A stretch of 52,334 bases of DNA from Micromonosporaceae bacterium. GTDB lineage: Bacteria > Actinomycetota > Actinomycetes > Mycobacteriales > Micromonosporaceae. Position 1 is the first letter of the stretch. Each line of letters opens with the position of its first letter. The position numbers and the translations under genes were made by a program. The notes below the pieces were generated by a model, which ran no database searches, was not told the origin of the DNA, and was given only the letters and a program-made list of their open reading frames with translations. Shown in pieces: positions 34,973 through 42,712 of the stretch. The DNA lies in NCBI GenBank assembly GCA_036384155.1, contig DASVMV010000331.1, forward strand, positions 1 through 52,334. Direction: 5' to 3'.

Positions 34973-37333
34973 TCAACGTACCTCTAGGTGCAACGTGCCG
35001 ACACGAGGCTGGAGGAGGATGCGCCGGTCATCGAGTTCCAGCTCCACCGGAAGCCGGCCGAGCAGGAACATCTCGGTCTGCACCGCGTACGGGGACTCGT
35101 CACCCTCCGGTGCCCAGAACAGCGTCCAGTCGGCCAGGCTGGTTAGCGGATCGGCGGACTGGCGGGAAACCACCGTCGGCGGCGGCAGCAGGTCCGCCAC
35201 GGCGACCCCGGCCGACCAGCGTCCGTCGTCGATCGCCACCTGGCAGCGCACGTCGACGTAGTCGTCGGAGTTCTCCAGGAAGCGGCGCCATACGAACGTG
35301 CCGCCGGCAACGTCGTCCCACTGGTGGCCGTGCGCCACCAGCCGCGGGCCACCGATACCCGTGTCGACGTCGATCGTGTCGGCGGTGAGGCGGATCGGGC
35401 CTTCGTGCAGATTGACGTAGTTGCCCGGCGATCGGGTGAGGGTGAGCATCCGCCCCTCGTAGGTCGTAGACACCGCCCGGTCGAGGCTGCTGGCTAGCAG
35501 GAACCGGCTGTCTTCCCCGTCGCCGATGGTGGGCACCCGGGTGGTGCGCTGGGTGAACGGGTCGTCCGGATTCGCGGCGTCGACGATCGTGGCCAGCGGG
35601 AGCCGGGCCCGGAAGGTGGTTCCGGTGGCGTCGGTGCCGGTCTCCATCCGCACGAGCGCGTCGCTCGCCGACCGGGTCAGCCGAAGCGCCGGTGCCGCCG
35701 CCTGGCCGGGCAGCCGTCCGGACAGAACGAACGCGTCGTCATCGACCTCGGCGGAGGTCAGCTGGAACGGCCGTACGAGCTGCTGAAGAAGCAGCCGGCC
35801 GTCGCTGGCTCGGCTCGGCTGGATCCAGACCTCGTCGGTGACCCAGGCGCCCGGCGCGGACTGCGGGTGGCCGGCCCGCAGGTTGCGTAGCATCCCCCGG
35901 CGGAAGAGCAGGCCGTTGCGCAGGTCAAGCAGGAAGAAGGCGGATTTGCCCTCGGGTCGGAAGGCGGCCAGGAGGCTTCGCGGTACGCGCACCTCGAAGC
36001 CGACCATCGCCAGGTCGCCGTGCGAGTCGAGGGTGCGGAACCGCTCCACCCGCAGCGGCGTCTTGCGGCCCGCGAAGACCAGCGTGACGTGCAGCGACGA
36101 TTTGCCGTCGGTCGGCAGATGGCGGATCTCGGCGGTACCCCGCACGATCAGGTCGCCGTCGTCCCAGGCGATCCCGGAAACGGTGCTGTGCAGATACATC
36201 GCCTGCCGCGGCAGCCGGTAGAGCTTACGCGGCACCGGCCGTGGGTGGTCGTCGATACCCGGGTACCGGTTCTCGAACCGCCACGGCATCGCGGGCCGGC
36301 GGCGCGCCCGGGCACCACCGTGCAGCCCCCCGTCGAGCCGGAACTGGGCCAGCCGCTGCAGCAGGTCGACGTTGCCGGCCTCCAACACCTGGTACTGCAA
36401 CCGGTCGTACGACGAGGCGCTTTCCAGCACCTTGTTGTCCAGGCGCCGGGTGAGTCTCCGTCCGAGCTCCACCAACGCGTCCTGCTCGTGCTCAGGCACC
36501 GAGCCGAACGCCTGCACCAGTGCCGCGAGATCGATCTGGGCGAACTGCCGGTGCACCTGGCCGCGCAGTTCCGGTGCGCTCGCGTCGAGCAGGTCCATGA
36601 CCATCTCGGCCGAGACGACCCGGTCGTACAGGTTGGAGTACTCGAACTTCTGTTGGGTGATCGACTCGCCGGATTCCCGCTCACGCCAGTAGTAGACCGG
36701 AGCCGCGAGACAGTCCACGGTCACCGCATCGATGTGCGCCTTGAGGGTGACCGGGTAATCCTCGTACCTGATCGGCGGGAACTCATAGCCGAATTCGTCC
36801 CAGAAGGACCGGCGGTAGACCTTGTTCCACACCATCCGGTCGAGCGCCAGCGGGGGGAACTCGAACACATGCGTGGCCTGGCGGTCGCGGGCGAACGGAA
36901 CCCGGTGCAACCACGACTCGCGTACGCCCGAACTGTTGTTGAACCGCCGGGCGTCTCCGGCGACGAACGATGAGCCGGTGTCGTCGAGCGAGCGGACCAT
37001 CGTCTCGTAGGCGTGGCGGGTCACGAGATCGTCGCTGTCGACGAAGGTGATGTACTCCCCTTCGGCGTGCCGAGTACCGGTGTTCCGCGCCGGGCCGAGG
37101 CCCTGGTTCTCCTGCGCCACCACGCGGAACCGGGCATCGCGCTCGCAGAAAGCCTTCGCGATCTGAGCGCTGCCGTCGCGCGATCCGTCGTCGACCAGGA
37201 CCACTTCGAAGTCGTCGAACGTCTGCCGAGCCAGCGAGTCCAGGCAGTCGCCGATGTAGTCCTCGACGTTGTAGAACGGCACGACGACGCTAAGCCGGGG
37301 TGCCACACTGCCTCCTGCGGGGTTCAGCTTCAT
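34973..37333 (-). CDS. GT2-family glycosyltransferase with a long (~550 aa) uncharacterised C-terminal region
   Basis: N-terminus LSVVVPFYNVEDYIGDCLDSLARQTFDDFEVVLVDDGSRDGS...FVDSDD is a GT-A/GT2 signature. The remainder is beta-rich-looking and unrecognised. An alternative GTG start at 37306 follows AGGAGG. Confidence 0.85.
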   Translation of the reverse strand: MKLNPAGGSVAPRLSVVVPFYNVEDYIGDCLDSLARQTFDDFEVVLVDDGSRDGSAQIAKAFCERDARFRVVAQENQGLGPARNTGTRHAEGEYITFVDSDDLVTRHAYETMVRSLDDTGSSFVAGDARRFNNSSGVRESWLHRVPFARDRQATHVFEFPPLALDRMVWNKVYRRSFWDEFGYEFPPIRYEDYPVTLKAHIDAVTVDCLAAPVYYWRERESGESITQQKFEYSNLYDRVVSAEMVMDLLDASAPELRGQVHRQFAQIDLAALVQAFGSVPEHEQDALVELGRRLTRRLDNKVLESASSYDRLQYQVLEAGNVDLLQRLAQFRLDGGLHGGARARRRPAMPWRFENRYPGIDDHPRPVPRKLYRLPRQAMYLHSTVSGIAWDDGDLIVRGTAEIRHLPTDGKSSLHVTLVFAGRKTPLRVERFRTLDSHGDLAMVGFEVRVPRSLLAAFRPEGKSAFFLLDLRNGLLFRRGMLRNLRAGHPQSAPGAWVTDEVWIQPSRASDGRLLLQQLVRPFQLTSAEVDDDAFVLSGRLPGQAAAPALRLTRSASDALVRMETGTDATGTTFRARLPLATIVDAANPDDPFTQRTTRVPTIGDGEDSRFLLASSLDRAVSTTYEGRMLTLTRSPGNYVNLHEGPIRLTADTIDVDTGIGGPRLVAHGHQWDDVAGGTFVWRRFLENSDDYVDVRCQVAIDDGRWSAGVAVADLLPPPTVVSRQSADPLTSLADWTLFWAPEGDESPYAVQTEMFLLGRLPVELELDDRRILLQPRVGTLHLEVR

Positions 37334-37363
37334 GGGGTCGCGGGGGTTGCCGAGGGGTGAGCG

Positions 37364-38422
37364 TCAAACAAGGTCCCAGCTCAGCGGGGTGCCTTTGGCG
37401 ACATCACGGCGAAACGTGCGTCCGATCACCTTGCTGATCTCGTCCGGGGCAAGACCTCCGGCGGGACGGATGGAGCGCACGTTGGCGGCGGTGACCGGGT
37501 CACCGGCGCGCACATCCTCGGTGACGAACAGGGAGCGCCGGAACCGCAGCCCTTCCTGCTCGGCGTCGGATGGCCCGATGTACGTCGTGCCCAGGGCCTG
37601 CCAGGCCCGTTCGCTCTCGGTGACCAGCGCGGCCAACTCGGTGGGTTCCAACGAGAACGCGGAATCCACGCCGCCGTCGTCGCGGGCCAGCGTCACGTGC
37701 TTCTCGATCACCCGGGCGCCCAGCGCGACGGAGGCGACCGCAACGCCGATCCCCATCGTGTGGTCGGACAGGCCGACCACCGCGTCGAACGCCTCAGCCA
37801 GGACCGGTAGCCGCCGCAGGTTGCTGTGCTCGGCGGGGGCCGGATACGACACGGTGCAGGCCAGCAGGATCAGGTCGGCGCAGCCGGCGCCCCGGGCCGC
37901 CTCCGCCGCGGCGGCGACCTCGCCCAAGGTCGCCATGCCGGTGGAGATGATCAGCGGCTTGCCGGTGCTCGCGACCAGGCGGATCAGCGGCAGGTCGACG
38001 ATCTCCGACGAGGCAATTTTGTAGAGCGGCGCCCCTAGATCTTCGAGCAGGTCGACTGCCGTCGCGTCGAACGGCGAGGAGAACGCGATCATGCCGTGTT
38101 CCTGAGCCCGCTCGAAGATCGGCCGATGCCACTCCCACGGAGTGTGCGCCTGCTCGTACAGCTGGTAGAGGTTCCGCCCACCCCACAGGTCGTGGCCGTC
38201 GGAGATCTTGAAGGCAGGCGCATCCACGTCAATGGTCATCGTGTCGGCGCGATAGGTCTGCAGTTTCAGCGCCTGGGCCCCGCTGGCGGCCACCGAATCG
38301 ACGATGGCCAGCGCCCTCGACAGGTCACCATTGTGGTTCCCGGACATCTCGGCGACGATGAACGGCCGGTGATCCGGCCCGACGCTGTGCGCGCCGCACT
38401 TGATGGACTCACGTCGGCTCAT
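37364..38422 (-). CDS. pseI: Pseudaminic acid synthase (NeuB family)
   Basis: FIVAEMSGNHNGDLSRALAIVDSVAASGAQALKLQTY is a NeuB TIM-barrel signature. There is a C-terminal SAF-like domain (...VRSIRPAGGLAP...GTPLSWDLV). The gene sits in pse context. Confidence 0.88.
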   Translation of the reverse strand: MSRRESIKCGAHSVGPDHRPFIVAEMSGNHNGDLSRALAIVDSVAASGAQALKLQTYRADTMTIDVDAPAFKISDGHDLWGGRNLYQLYEQAHTPWEWHRPIFERAQEHGMIAFSSPFDATAVDLLEDLGAPLYKIASSEIVDLPLIRLVASTGKPLIISTGMATLGEVAAAAEAARGAGCADLILLACTVSYPAPAEHSNLRRLPVLAEAFDAVVGLSDHTMGIGVAVASVALGARVIEKHVTLARDDGGVDSAFSLEPTELAALVTESERAWQALGTTYIGPSDAEQEGLRFRRSLFVTEDVRAGDPVTAANVRSIRPAGGLAPDEISKVIGRTFRRDVAKGTPLSWDLV

Positions 38423-38729
38423 CGACTACCTCGCTATCCTGCTCGAGCCCGCCCTAACGGCGATCCACCGTTCTGGCCGCCAACTACATTACGTGCCGCT
38501 GCCCATCGCCCCGGCGCGGGTGTATCCGCCCCCGACCCGGACGTCGGGCCACAACGGCGGCGACATCGAGCATCGTCAGACGACCAACCCGGACGCGCCG
38601 TGCCGTCGTCGGCGAACACAGGGTACCTGCTCGACTCGTCGGGACCGTGACCGGAGGCAACCGGTGGGGTGAGCGCGGTGTCCGTCTTCGAGAACGGCAC
38701 GGACAGGAGCGGACCGGCCCGCGGCGGGT

Positions 38730-39722
38730 TTATCCGAGACGAGCCCCGACCGGGTCCGCTGGCGATATCTCGTCGGCCGGGGCGTCGGACCCGTCGTAGG
38801 CGGAGTCGGACCCGATGTAATAGGCGGGCCGGCCCTGCACCGCCGCATAGATGCGCCCGACGTACTCGCCCACCAGCCCGACGCAGATCAACTGGACGCC
38901 GCCCAGGAAGGTAACCGCGACGAACAGCGACGTCCACCCGGGAACCGTCGTTCCCTTCAGGTACGCGCCCACGCCGCCGAGGAACATCAGCAGGCAGACG
39001 GCGAAGCTGACCAGCCCGAGCCAGGTGGCCAGGCGCAGTGGCGCCGCCGAGAAGTTGGCGATGCTGTCGAAGGCCAGGCGGACCATCTTGCCGAGCGGGT
39101 ACTTCGTTTTGCCGGCGGCCCGCTCCGCCCGAACGTAGGTCACCACGCCGCTCGGGAAGCCCAGCGACGGAACGAGGAGCCGGTACACGGGTCGCTGCTC
39201 GGGCAGCGCGATCAACGCGTCGACGGCGCGCCGGCTGAGGAGGCGGAAGTCACCGGCATGGCGGGGTACCCAGGAACCGATCGTTCGGCGCATGATCAGG
39301 TAGTAGGCGGCTGCGGTGGTGCGCTTGAAGAAGGTGTCGGTCGTCCGGTCGACGCGGACGCCGTACACGACATCGAGGTTGTCCCGCTGAGCGAGCGCCA
39401 GCATATCGACGATCTTCTCGGGGGGATCCTGCAGGTCCGCGTCGATGCTGACAACGTACGTCCCATGGGCGCGGTGGAGTCCGGCCGTGAGGGCGGCCTG
39501 GTGGCCGGCGTTGCGGCGCAGCCCGACGACCCGCAGCTGCGGCCAGACGTGCCGGAACTCGCCCAGCAGCCGGGCCGTGTCGTCCGTGCTGCCGTCGTCA
39601 ACCGCAACCACCTCGTAGGGCGCCGCCAGCCCGTCGAGCACGGGCCGTAGTCGATCAACGAGCAGGGCCAGCGCGTCTTCCTCGTTGTACATCGGAATGA
39701 CAACAGACAGCTGCGGCATCAT
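38730..39722 (-). CDS. Polyprenyl-phosphate glycosyltransferase (GT2, GtrB/DPM1/ArnC-like)
   Basis: LSVVIPMYNEE, VVAVDDGSTDDT and IDADLQDPPE, plus two C-terminal TM helices (LATWLGLVSFAVCLLMFLGGVGAYL and LFVAVTFLGGVQLICVGLVGEYV). I prefer the start at the MM codons (39722 or 39719, after GAGGAC) over 39764. Confidence 0.85.
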   Translation of the reverse strand: MMPQLSVVIPMYNEEDALALLVDRLRPVLDGLAAPYEVVAVDDGSTDDTARLLGEFRHVWPQLRVVGLRRNAGHQAALTAGLHRAHGTYVVSIDADLQDPPEKIVDMLALAQRDNLDVVYGVRVDRTTDTFFKRTTAAAYYLIMRRTIGSWVPRHAGDFRLLSRRAVDALIALPEQRPVYRLLVPSLGFPSGVVTYVRAERAAGKTKYPLGKMVRLAFDSIANFSAAPLRLATWLGLVSFAVCLLMFLGGVGAYLKGTTVPGWTSLFVAVTFLGGVQLICVGLVGEYVGRIYAAVQGRPAYYIGSDSAYDGSDAPADEISPADPVGARLG

Positions 39723-39887
39723 CGGAGCGTCCTCAACAAGAGACCATCGTCGCGAAGGGTTCATGATGGCACGGGCGATGGGGTTCGTGCCCGCGCCCCG
39801 TCTGACGCGCCACAGGCTAGCGCCGGCGGTTCCAGCGGCACAAGGCCAGGTCCTCGCGCGCGTCAGTTACGAGGCGTTGTGCGCCAA

Positions 39888-41057
39888 CTACGGTGAGACG
39901 TCGTCAGGTTGGTCCCGTGCGGCATGCTCGACCAGCTCGCCGGTGGACCGCGGCGCTACCCGCGGAAGCGGAATGCCGTCCAGCCGGCTCGCTGTGCTGC
40001 TGCTCTTCGGCTGTCGTGCCGGCAGGCCGGACAGTCGGCCGACGAGAAGATAGGCGGCCCGCAGGAGCGCGTAGAGCCAGTACGCATCCATTCGCACCAG
40101 CGCGTGCTTGAGCCCGCGGATGCCCGGCGGCCGGCGATATCCCTCGGCCGGCAGGTAGCGCCGGTACTGCTCGGCGATCCGATGAAAGAAGGCGCGGCGC
40201 TGGTCTCCGGGTACCCGGCCCCGGTTGCCGGCGATCACGAGCAGGTGGCTGATCATCATGCTGAACAGCTGCGGCTTGAACCGGCGGTATTCCGAACCCC
40301 AGCTGTCGACCAGCGCGAAGAGCCGGTCGTACTGCTCGAAGGCCTCGAAATGCCGGGCGCTGACGGTGCGGGTGATTCCACTGCCGTCGTGCTGGCGGTA
40401 GAGGTAGCAGACGCGGGGCAGAACGGCGATGCGCTCCGCGGCCATGAGGACCGGATGGCTGAACAGATAGTCCTCGTACCACCCAGGGACGAACCGCACG
40501 CCGATCCGCTCCAGGAACGCCCGCCGGACGACCTTGTTGCACGCGATGTGCTGGAGCGAGAACAGGTCCGGCCGGTCGTCAAGACTGCTCACGGGGGGTG
40601 CGGAGGCGTCGTACAGCTGGCGGACGGACGGGTCGACGTCCGCGGTGCGCCCGTCGGGGAAGGCCTTCAGGTGGTCGACCAGGAGCACGTCCGGGCGCAG
40701 TTCACGCAACCGGGCGACGACCGCATGCAGGGCGCCCGGTGTGATCGCGTCGTCGCCGTCGACGAACCAGACGTATTCGCCGCTCGCCGCATCAAGGCCG
40801 GCGTTGCGCGCCCGCCCCAGCCCGACATTCTCGGTGAGATGGAGAACGCGTACCCGCGGGTCGGCGGCAGCGTACTGGTCGAGGATCGCGCCACACGAGT
40901 CCGGTGAGCGGTCGTCGACGGCCACCACTTCGAGTTCGGGCGTGGGGTCGGCGAGAACCGAGTCGAGGCAGCCGCGGATATACTCCTCGATCCCGTACAC
41001 CGGCACCACGACGGTGATCAGCGGCGCGCCCGCCGGTCCCGGCTCGACGATGCCCAT
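39888..41057 (-). CDS. GT2-family glycosyltransferase
   Basis: The ATG at 41055-41057 follows GGAGG. Motifs ITVVVPVYGIEEYIRGCLDSVL, VVAVDDRSPD and WFVDGDD. Confidence 0.85.
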   Translation of the reverse strand: MGIVEPGPAGAPLITVVVPVYGIEEYIRGCLDSVLADPTPELEVVAVDDRSPDSCGAILDQYAAADPRVRVLHLTENVGLGRARNAGLDAASGEYVWFVDGDDAITPGALHAVVARLRELRPDVLLVDHLKAFPDGRTADVDPSVRQLYDASAPPVSSLDDRPDLFSLQHIACNKVVRRAFLERIGVRFVPGWYEDYLFSHPVLMAAERIAVLPRVCYLYRQHDGSGITRTVSARHFEAFEQYDRLFALVDSWGSEYRRFKPQLFSMMISHLLVIAGNRGRVPGDQRRAFFHRIAEQYRRYLPAEGYRRPPGIRGLKHALVRMDAYWLYALLRAAYLLVGRLSGLPARQPKSSSTASRLDGIPLPRVAPRSTGELVEHAARDQPDDVSP

Positions 41058-41171
41058 GGTCACCTCCCCTCGGGTCCCGGTTTCCGCAGGCGATGCTAGC
41101 CGGTGCAGAGCCGTCCACCGATGCCGCGCCCCCCGCGTCGACCGGGTGTTTCCGTTGTCTTCCTGAACCGC

Positions 41172-41232
41172 TTGACGGATCAGCGTCGCCGATCGCATAA
41201 TCAACCCATCGGTTAATCAACCAGATAGTTGA
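41172..41232 (+). promoter_or_regulatory. Candidate promoter and operator of the ArsR-SRPBCC operon
   Basis: TTGACG (41172-41177), an 18-nt spacer, then CATAAT (41196-41201). The 9-bp direct repeat TAATCAACC occurs at 41198-41206 and 41214-41222. The inverted repeat TCAAC-N6-GTTGA lies at 41217-41232. The segment is locally AT-rich and sits just upstream of the GTG at 41237. Confidence 0.4.
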
Positions 41233-41236
41233 ACAG

Positions 41237-41581
41237 GTGGAGACGGTGACAGATCACCTGAGCAGGGTCTTTGCGGCCCTCGCCGATCCGACGCGGCGGG
41301 CGATCCTCGCCCGGCTCGCCGACGGCAATGCAACGGTGAACGAACTGGCCGCGCCGTTCTCGATCAGCCTTCAAGCGGTGTCGAAACACCTGAAGGTGCT
41401 GGAAGCGGCGGGGCTGATCACGCGGGGTCGGGACGCCCAGTGGCGGCCGTGCCGGCTGGAACCGGAGCCGCTCCGCCAGGTCGCCGAGTGGGCCGAGCAG
41501 TACCGCCGGCACTGGGACGAGCGCTTCGAACACCTGGACAGCTATCTCCGGGAACTCACCAAGGAGCGAGGAAATGACTGA
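41237..41581 (+). CDS. ArsR/SmtB-family transcriptional regulator
   Basis: FAALADPTRRAILARLADGNATVNELAAPFSISLQAVSKHLKVLEAAGLI. 8-nt overlap with the next gene. Confidence 0.85.
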   Translation: METVTDHLSRVFAALADPTRRAILARLADGNATVNELAAPFSISLQAVSKHLKVLEAAGLITRGRDAQWRPCRLEPEPLRQVAEWAEQYRRHWDERFEHLDSYLRELTKERGND

Positions 41582-42047
41582 CCGCCGCGCCACGACGACT
41601 CTGCCCTCCGACACCGAGATCACGCTGTCGCGCGTCTTCGACGCCCCACGGCGTCTCGTCTGGGAGGCGATGACCCAGCCGCAACACATCAAGCGCTGGT
41701 GGGGCCGGGGCAACGACCTCGAAGTCACCCTGGATTTCCGGCCCGGCGGCAGCTACCGGTACGTCGAGCATGCCGAAGACGGCACCGACTACGCCTTCCG
41801 CGGCGAGATCCGCGAGATCGTGCCCCAGGAGCGGGTGGTGCAGACGTTCGAGTTCGAGGGGATGCCGGGCCACATCGCCGTCGAGACGATGACCCTGGAG
41901 GACCAGGACGGCAAGACCCTGGTCGTCATTCGGTCGTCGTTCAGCTCAACGGAGGATCGGGACGGCATGCTCAGCTCGGGCATGGAGGACGGCGCGAACG
42001 CCTCGTACGACGCGCTCGACGCACTGCTGGCCGAGCTGCAGCGGTAG
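41574..42047 (+). CDS. SRPBCC-family (Aha1/AHSA1-like) protein
   Basis: SRVFDAPRRLVWEAMTQPQHIKRWWG...YRYV...GEIREIVPQERVVQTFEFEG. This is the classic ArsR-SRPBCC pairing. Confidence 0.85.
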   Translation: MTDRRATTTLPSDTEITLSRVFDAPRRLVWEAMTQPQHIKRWWGRGNDLEVTLDFRPGGSYRYVEHAEDGTDYAFRGEIREIVPQERVVQTFEFEGMPGHIAVETMTLEDQDGKTLVVIRSSFSSTEDRDGMLSSGMEDGANASYDALDALLAELQR

Positions 42048-42133
42048 CCCTGGCGATCGTGCCCCGCGGCCCGCCAGGGCGGCGGCGCACGATCGCGTAC
42101 GTGGGCCGCAGGAGACGACCGCCCGGGCAACGC

Positions 42134-42421
42134 CTACGCCCGGTACACGTCCCGCCGGTGGTCCACGTCCACGACCGTCACCGTATGCGCCTCGTCATCG
42201 ATGCGGTAGATGACCCGATACGTGCCACGTCGGGCGCTGTACCGATCAGCCAACGGCGGAAGCAGGCGCTTGCCCACCCGGTACGGCTCCCGGACCAACG
42301 GGCCCGTCATGAACTCGTACGCCGCGACGGCGACTGCCTCCGGCAACCGCTCCGCAAGCGCCCGCCTGACGGTCGGCGTGGTGCGCAGGGCATAGGGCTC
42401 CCCCGACTTGTTCCGGCTCAC
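42134..42421 (-). CDS. Type II toxin, RelE/ParE family
   Basis: ...YSARRGTYRVIYRIDDEAHTVTVVDVDHRRDVYR is the RelE C-terminal pattern. GTGA overlap with the antitoxin gene. Confidence 0.85.
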   Translation of the reverse strand: MSRNKSGEPYALRTTPTVRRALAERLPEAVAVAAYEFMTGPLVREPYRVGKRLLPPLADRYSARRGTYRVIYRIDDEAHTVTVVDVDHRRDVYRA

Positions 42422-42702
42422 GCCGCGGAGTTACGGCGGGCGCGGATCGTCTCGGCGAGTTGGTCGCCTGTTACCTCTTCACCGCGCGCAAGCTCGGCGT
42501 CGGACTCGGCGAGCCGGCGGAGAGTGGCCGGATCGCCGAGGACGGCCACGGTTTCCTCAAGCCGCTCGAGATCCTCCACCGAAACAAGAACCGCAGAAGG
42601 CCGGCCGTGCACGGTGACTGTCACGCGCTCATGGTGGTCGTGTACCCGGCCGACGAGTTCCGACAGATGAGCTTTTACTTCGCCCAACGGCAGCGTAGTC
42701 AT
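42418..42702 (-). CDS. Type II antitoxin, Phd/YefM family
   Basis: MTTLPLGEVKAHLSELVGRVHDHHERVTVTVHGRPSAVLVSVEDLERLEETVAVL is the typical Phd/YefM N-domain. Confidence 0.85.
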   Translation of the reverse strand: MTTLPLGEVKAHLSELVGRVHDHHERVTVTVHGRPSAVLVSVEDLERLEETVAVLGDPATLRRLAESDAELARGEEVTGDQLAETIRARRNSAA

Positions 42703-42712
42703 AGTCAGAATT

